Shown piece by piece: positions 59,462-64,000 of a stretch of DNA of 64,000 bases (within the stretch, counting starts at the first letter, position 1; every line of letters begins with the position of its first letter). The stretch comes from Thermoplasmata archaeon (GTDB taxonomy: Archaea; Thermoplasmatota; Thermoplasmata; Thermoplasmatales; Thermoplasmataceae). Made by a program: the position numbers and the translations under genes. The stretch covers positions 24,204 through 88,203 of the forward strand of contig JAJZJZ010000001.1 in NCBI GenBank assembly GCA_021809755.1, in the 5' to 3' direction. Under the pieces are notes generated by a model. The model saw only the letters and a program-made list of their open reading frames with translations, did no database searches and had not been told where the DNA came from.

Positions 59462-61449
59462 AGGTCAATTCAGAACCCATAATCAAAGCCCTGAAAAATT
59501 TTAGACCGGACAGGCTCATTCGTAACCCTGTCATGTTTGTAACAGAGATAGCTCTTTTAGTGGCAATATATTTATTAATATTCAGGGGACAATATGAACT
59601 TCCAGTTTCTTCCACATACATATATTTCTATGCATCTGTCATAATACTCTTATTTCTCACAGTTTTCTTTTCAAACATTGCTGAATCCATGTCGGAGGGG
59701 AAAAGCAAAGCAATTACAGATAGTCTGAAGAAAATCAGGCAAAAAACCACAGCACATGTCGTAGAAGGCTCAGCTATAAGGGATGTACCTTCCGAGGAGT
59801 TAAGAACAGGAATGCTTGTTGTGGTCAATAAAAACGAATTCGTGCCTAATGATGGTGAAATAGTTGAGGGGTCAGGTTATTTTAACGAAGCTTCGATCAC
59901 CGGAGAATCCAAACCAATGATGAAAGTAGTTGGGGACAGTGTTACCGGCTCAACCATATTAACCACAGATTCAGTGAAAATAAGAATTACAGCAGACCCA
60001 GGGGAAACATTTCTAGATAAGATGATCGCCCTTGTCGGTAATTCAGTGCGTGAAAAAACTCCAAACGAAATCGCGCTGAATGTAATGCTCTCCGGACTTA
60101 CACTCATATTCCTCATAATTACAGCTTCCATTTTCTCACTTGCCTATTTCCTAGGAATAAACATTAATCTATTCGTGCTTATTGTGCTTTTAATTTGCTT
60201 GATTCCCACCACTATTGGTGCACTTCTTCCAGCGCTAGGAATCGCGGCAATAAATAAGGTCTCTCAATTTAACATAATTGCCAAAAGCGGTAGGGCGGTT
60301 GAAAATGCCGGTGATATAGATACAATAATTCTTGATAAAACCGGAACTATAACAATAGGGGATAGACAAGCTATTAATTTCTATCCCCTTCCAGGTATTG
60401 ATAAGAGTGACTTTCTCAGATATTGTTATCTTTCTTCAGCTGATGACGTAACAAAGGAGGGAATTTCCATTGTGAAATTATGTCAATCTTCTGGATTAGA
60501 TACTGGGAAGATAGGCGGTATTTCTGGAGAATTTATTCCTTTTACATCAGATACAAAATACAGTGGAATAAAAATTGGTGACGAGGTTATTTTGAAAGGA
60601 GCAATGAAATCCATTTCTGAGAAAATCGGCCGCCAAGATAATTTCATAGAAGGGATTAGTGCTGAAATATCTAGCAAGGGCGGAACCGCCATGACATTGT
60701 GCAAGAACGACCAGTTTCTTGGAGTTATTGAGTTAAACGATGTAATTAAACCATGGATAAGAGAAAGAATAGAAACTATGAAAAATATGAACATTAAAAC
60801 AATTATGTGCACTGGCGATAATGAAATCACCGCTCAATACATAGCTAGAGAAAGTGGAATAGATGAGTTCGTTGCCAATGTAAAACCAGAGGACAAATTC
60901 AAGGAAGTCGAGAAGGAAAAAGACAAACAGAGAATGGTTGCAATGGTAGGGGATGGTACCAATGATGCACCTGCACTGGCAAGAGCTGATGTTGGTCTTG
61001 CTATGAACAGCGGAACTCAGGCTGCCAAAGACGCGGCTAACATGATAGATCTGGACAATGATCCTGCAAAACTAATGGATGTAATATTTCTAGGGAAGCA
61101 GATTCTCATAACGAGGGGGTCATTGACAACTTTTTCGCTTGCAAATGATGTTGCAAAATACTTTGTCATAATACCTGCAATGTTTTACCTTATCCCGCAG
61201 CTTGGATTTGTGAATATTATGGGATTTACCGATCCACTTCTTGCCATAACTTCTGCACTTATTTTCAATACCTTCATAATACCAGCTCTCATTCCCATGG
61301 CGCTCAAGGGGGTTAAGTTTAAAGCGTCTGGGGCCGATGAATTACTAAAAAGAAACATAATATTATATGGCGCTGGTGGTATAATATTTCCGTTTATTTG
61401 TATCGGAATCATCTATTTTCTTTTGGCTGGAGTTGGTGTAACATGGTAA
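59458..61449 (+). CDS. kdpB: K+-transporting ATPase subunit B (P-type)
   Basis: NPVMFV, TGES, LIPTTIG, DKTGT, TGDN, GDGTNDAPAL, TRGSLTTFS. Confidence 0.96.
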   Translation: MKVNSEPIIKALKNFRPDRLIRNPVMFVTEIALLVAIYLLIFRGQYELPVSSTYIYFYASVIILLFLTVFFSNIAESMSEGKSKAITDSLKKIRQKTTAHVVEGSAIRDVPSEELRTGMLVVVNKNEFVPNDGEIVEGSGYFNEASITGESKPMMKVVGDSVTGSTILTTDSVKIRITADPGETFLDKMIALVGNSVREKTPNEIALNVMLSGLTLIFLIITASIFSLAYFLGININLFVLIVLLICLIPTTIGALLPALGIAAINKVSQFNIIAKSGRAVENAGDIDTIILDKTGTITIGDRQAINFYPLPGIDKSDFLRYCYLSSADDVTKEGISIVKLCQSSGLDTGKIGGISGEFIPFTSDTKYSGIKIGDEVILKGAMKSISEKIGRQDNFIEGISAEISSKGGTAMTLCKNDQFLGVIELNDVIKPWIRERIETMKNMNIKTIMCTGDNEITAQYIARESGIDEFVANVKPEDKFKEVEKEKDKQRMVAMVGDGTNDAPALARADVGLAMNSGTQAAKDAANMIDLDNDPAKLMDVIFLGKQILITRGSLTTFSLANDVAKYFVIIPAMFYLIPQLGFVNIMGFTDPLLAITSALIFNTFIIPALIPMALKGVKFKASGADELLKRNIILYGAGGIIFPFICIGIIYFLLAGVGVTW

Positions 61450-62093
61450 AGTTAAATCCATTTCTGAAAATCATGAGAAGTTCTGCCATAATGGCAGTTG
61501 TTATGATTCTTCTTCTGGGGTTTGTAATTCCTTCAATAACGGCGGAAATAGCCGAACATATAGATCCTGGTAGCACAATGGGCTCACCCGTGGAAATAAA
61601 TGGAACCATATATGGAAGTTATCTATTGGCTGAAGCTTTTAACAATAGTTCCCTATTCTTTCAGGCTAGACCATCAGTGATATCTTATAATTTGACAGAA
61701 TCCGGATCATGCACTGGTTCCGGGGATTCACTACAATCTCTTAATTTTACGTTGAATGCTTTGAAGGAATTTGAAAGTAAAAATCCTGGGGTGAACCTGT
61801 CATCAATTCCATTTGCCATGATAGCTTATTCGGCTTCAGGACTAGATCCAAATATACCCATAGAAGGGGCATATATTCAGATACCAAGGATTGCTTCAAA
61901 TCTTTCAATACTATTCAATGGAACAATCCCGGTAAGTGTCCTTGAATCTGATCTGATGCAATATGTAAATTCAAGCGAACAACAGAATTTCCCAATTTTT
62001 GGAAGCTATTATACGAACACAATGGTGCTGAATGTCGATATCATAAATCTAATGATTAAAAACAAAGTGGTACCTAAATCACTTCTTGATTAA
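61443..62093 (+). CDS. kdpC: K+-transporting ATPase subunit C
   Basis: N-terminal TM, GSYLL, FFQARPS, SASGLDPNI...QIPRIA; ATG 61443. Confidence 0.92.
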   Translation: MVKLNPFLKIMRSSAIMAVVMILLLGFVIPSITAEIAEHIDPGSTMGSPVEINGTIYGSYLLAEAFNNSSLFFQARPSVISYNLTESGSCTGSGDSLQSLNFTLNALKEFESKNPGVNLSSIPFAMIAYSASGLDPNIPIEGAYIQIPRIASNLSILFNGTIPVSVLESDLMQYVNSSEQQNFPIFGSYYTNTMVLNVDIINLMIKNKVVPKSLLD

Positions 62094-62906
62094 GATTGTA
62101 TCTGTCCACATCTCCTTGATAAGGTCTTTTATGAGACCATTAATTCTTATATTTCCTGATGTACCTGGGCGAACCCCAAAAACAATTAGATCTGCACCAG
62201 TGGAATATGCTCTTCCCAAAATAATCTCCTTCATATTATTCCCTTCACTTTTAGAAAATTCAACATTGGGGTATTCCCTCTTAATTTCTTCCATTGAGTC
62301 AAAGAGATTTTTAAATCCATGGGTCTCCTTCTTGTCAAATTTTCTAAGGTCAAGAATATTTACCTTGGCGCCAAATACTTTTGAAATCATTAAGGCAATA
62401 TATATTGATCTCCTAACATTCAGAGATTCAGTAAAAGGTACGAGAAGTCTTTCATATGTATTTTTTTTCATTCTTGAGGTTATTGCTATGACGGTGGTCC
62501 GTGAATTTTTTATGATATAGTCCCCAATTCCCCCCAATAAAGATGCTGACAGGGCTGCCCTTGGACCGCTGCTGAAAATGACCATATCATAATTCTTTGA
62601 GTTGATTTCTGATACTATACCTTGTTTGATATTTTTCGCACTTTGAACTTTTGGTACCAATCTTATATTTCTCTCTTTTGCCTCCTTGTATGCATTCAGA
62701 ACTATGGCTACCTTATCACTCCAAACTATCTCTCTAGCTTCATCTTTAATGGTAAGTGCTGTAATTTCTGATTTGTAGTTTGATGCCAGGCCCAAGGCTA
62801 AATCAAAGGCTTTCTTTGAGCGCTCCCCCTTTGCCATTGGCACAAGTAATTTCTCAGGTTTCACAGTGTACGCCTTCAGGCTAGATAGCAATGAATAGAT
62901 ATTCAC
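62079..62906 (-). CDS. Universal stress protein with tandem USP domains
   Basis: KLLVP...YDMVIF...LGGIGDYII; RLLVP...ADLIVFG. Confidence 0.85.
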   Translation of the reverse strand: MNIYSLLSSLKAYTVKPEKLLVPMAKGERSKKAFDLALGLASNYKSEITALTIKDEAREIVWSDKVAIVLNAYKEAKERNIRLVPKVQSAKNIKQGIVSEINSKNYDMVIFSSGPRAALSASLLGGIGDYIIKNSRTTVIAITSRMKKNTYERLLVPFTESLNVRRSIYIALMISKVFGAKVNILDLRKFDKKETHGFKNLFDSMEEIKREYPNVEFSKSEGNNMKEIILGRAYSTGADLIVFGVRPGTSGNIRINGLIKDLIKEMWTDTILIKK

Positions 62907-63089
62907 AGAATGTTTAATAAATTTTTGCTAACGCTCTTATTTCTATCATCATAGGAAAGACTTCAAAATGACTTTAAAAAAACCATTTTGTATAGAAGAT
63001 CTTCGTAACCACACTTCGTAGTGTCGTGATAATTTATACCACGGCATAAAAAACCCAATAATTTAACATCAGGTAATTTATATAGGTCA

Positions 63090-63575
63090 ATGAAGTGTCT
63101 TACCATTTCGCATTCAAAAATTCTCGGCAACATAGATGGAGTAGATGATCTATCAAGGTTACCAGATGAGGAATTTTTTGTCATAGATATGGATGCCCTA
63201 CTTCGTTCCAAATACAATTTCAATATATATTCTACCATATCAAAATACGTTGAATTTGACTTGATGGCTTATCCATTTAGGGAGAACGATCTTGTTGATA
63301 TGATCATTTCTGGAGCCAGCAGAGTTGTAATAAACCATACTATTTCAGAAGAAAAATTGAAGGATTTTATGGAAGTTTCAGATCAGCTAATCATGCATTA
63401 TGCCTCGCAATTTGAAGCAAGAGCTTTTATGAAAAAAGGGGGAAAGTATCTTATGGGCTGTTCTCAGGTAGAGGTCCCCAAGGGAATCACCGTATTTTAT
63501 TATGGAATGCCGGGCCAAGGAGAACAATATATTCAACTTGAGGATTTTCCTGAAGAATTGAGGTATGATTGTTGA
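63090..63575 (+). CDS. Hypothetical protein, possibly a truncated HisA/HisF-related barrel
   Basis: FFVIDMDA...NFNIY and DLVDMIISGASRVVI resemble HisA-like beta/alpha units. Confidence 0.5.
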   Translation: MKCLTISHSKILGNIDGVDDLSRLPDEEFFVIDMDALLRSKYNFNIYSTISKYVEFDLMAYPFRENDLVDMIISGASRVVINHTISEEKLKDFMEVSDQLIMHYASQFEARAFMKKGGKYLMGCSQVEVPKGITVFYYGMPGQGEQYIQLEDFPEELRYDC

Positions 63576-63770
63576 TCTCTTATATATGAAGGTTTATCAA
63601 TTTAATTATATTTCAGTTCTCAATCTTTTTGACGCTTAAGTGTTGATGCCAAACGGCACATTTAATAGCTATTTTGTATAATTTTTCCCCACTCATAATA
63701 AAAAACCTCGATCGTTTTTGGTAATAATATATGAGGAATATTTACATAATAATTCAAAATCAGCAAGAGC

Positions 63771-64000
63771 ATGAGTATTTCTGACATTTCAACATCAATA
63801 GGAAATATAAATCTGTCCAATCCATTCATTCTTGCCTCTGGAATTTTAGACGAAAATGGATATACAATGAAAAGAATTTTATCTGAAGGGGCTTCAGCAG
63901 CGGTTACCAAATCTATAGGCATGGAAGAAAGGAATGGATACAAACCACCAATCGTTGCCATAGACGATCCAATTTTTATCAATGCCGTAGGGCTTCCCAA
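63771..64000 (+). CDS. pyrD: Dihydroorotate dehydrogenase catalytic subunit, 5' part (runs off window)
   Basis: Manual translation: MSISDISTSIGNINLSNPFILASGILDE...AAVTKSIG..ERNGYKPP...FINAVGLP. Confidence 0.88.
   Translation, partial: MSISDISTSIGNINLSNPFILASGILDENGYTMKRILSEGASAAVTKSIGMEERNGYKPPIVAIDDPIFINAVGLP

Noticed and set aside
63662..64000. 112-aa minus-strand ORF
   Set aside because: Antisense to the 5' part of pyrD.
1..64000. CRISPR arrays, rRNA genes, IS elements, integrases
   Set aside because: No periodic repeat-spacer pattern, no long GC-rich RNA gene, and no transposase or integrase motifs seen.

Overview
AT-rich, gene-dense archaeal chromosomal segment, most likely from a Thermoplasmatales archaeon (Cuniculiplasma/Thermoplasma-like). 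This is inferred from the Ta0583-type actin, tetraether synthase, very long AglB, ESGLP-type surface domain and archaeal r-protein clusters. In order, the window holds: the 3' end of argF; a TPR protein plus site-2 protease; an archaellum operon (flaB-C-D/E-F-G-H-I-J) with no che genes; a double-RHH regulator; pheT; a wHTH/solute-binding-fold regulator; a 2113-aa AglB coupled to a membrane-anchored beta-sandwich protein; GAN/RecJ-like and rps15; an lpd-like oxidoreductase; tes; archease-pdaD-leuS-aldolase/SDR; a GGR-family reductase; truA; a ParM-like actin with a coiled-coil partner and upstream repeats; SDR; ALDH; pckG-lipB; speD; a Na/Ca exchanger; rpl7ae-rps28e-rpl24e-ndk-infB; a DHDPS-family aldolase; a DtxR regulator; aIF1A-rio1-dim2; initiator tRNA-Met; hemL-hemC-hemD; a Trm5/Taw2 methyltransferase; kdpFABC (kdpF is missing from the ORF track); a USP; and the 5' end of pyrD. 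No CRISPR array, rRNA or recognisable mobile element was seen. The best candidates for undescribed systems are (1) the actin + coiled-coil + cis-repeat cassette (ParMRC-like layout) and (2) the giant doubly anchored AglB with a translationally coupled type I membrane partner. All calls come from motif recognition by eye; no database searches were run.
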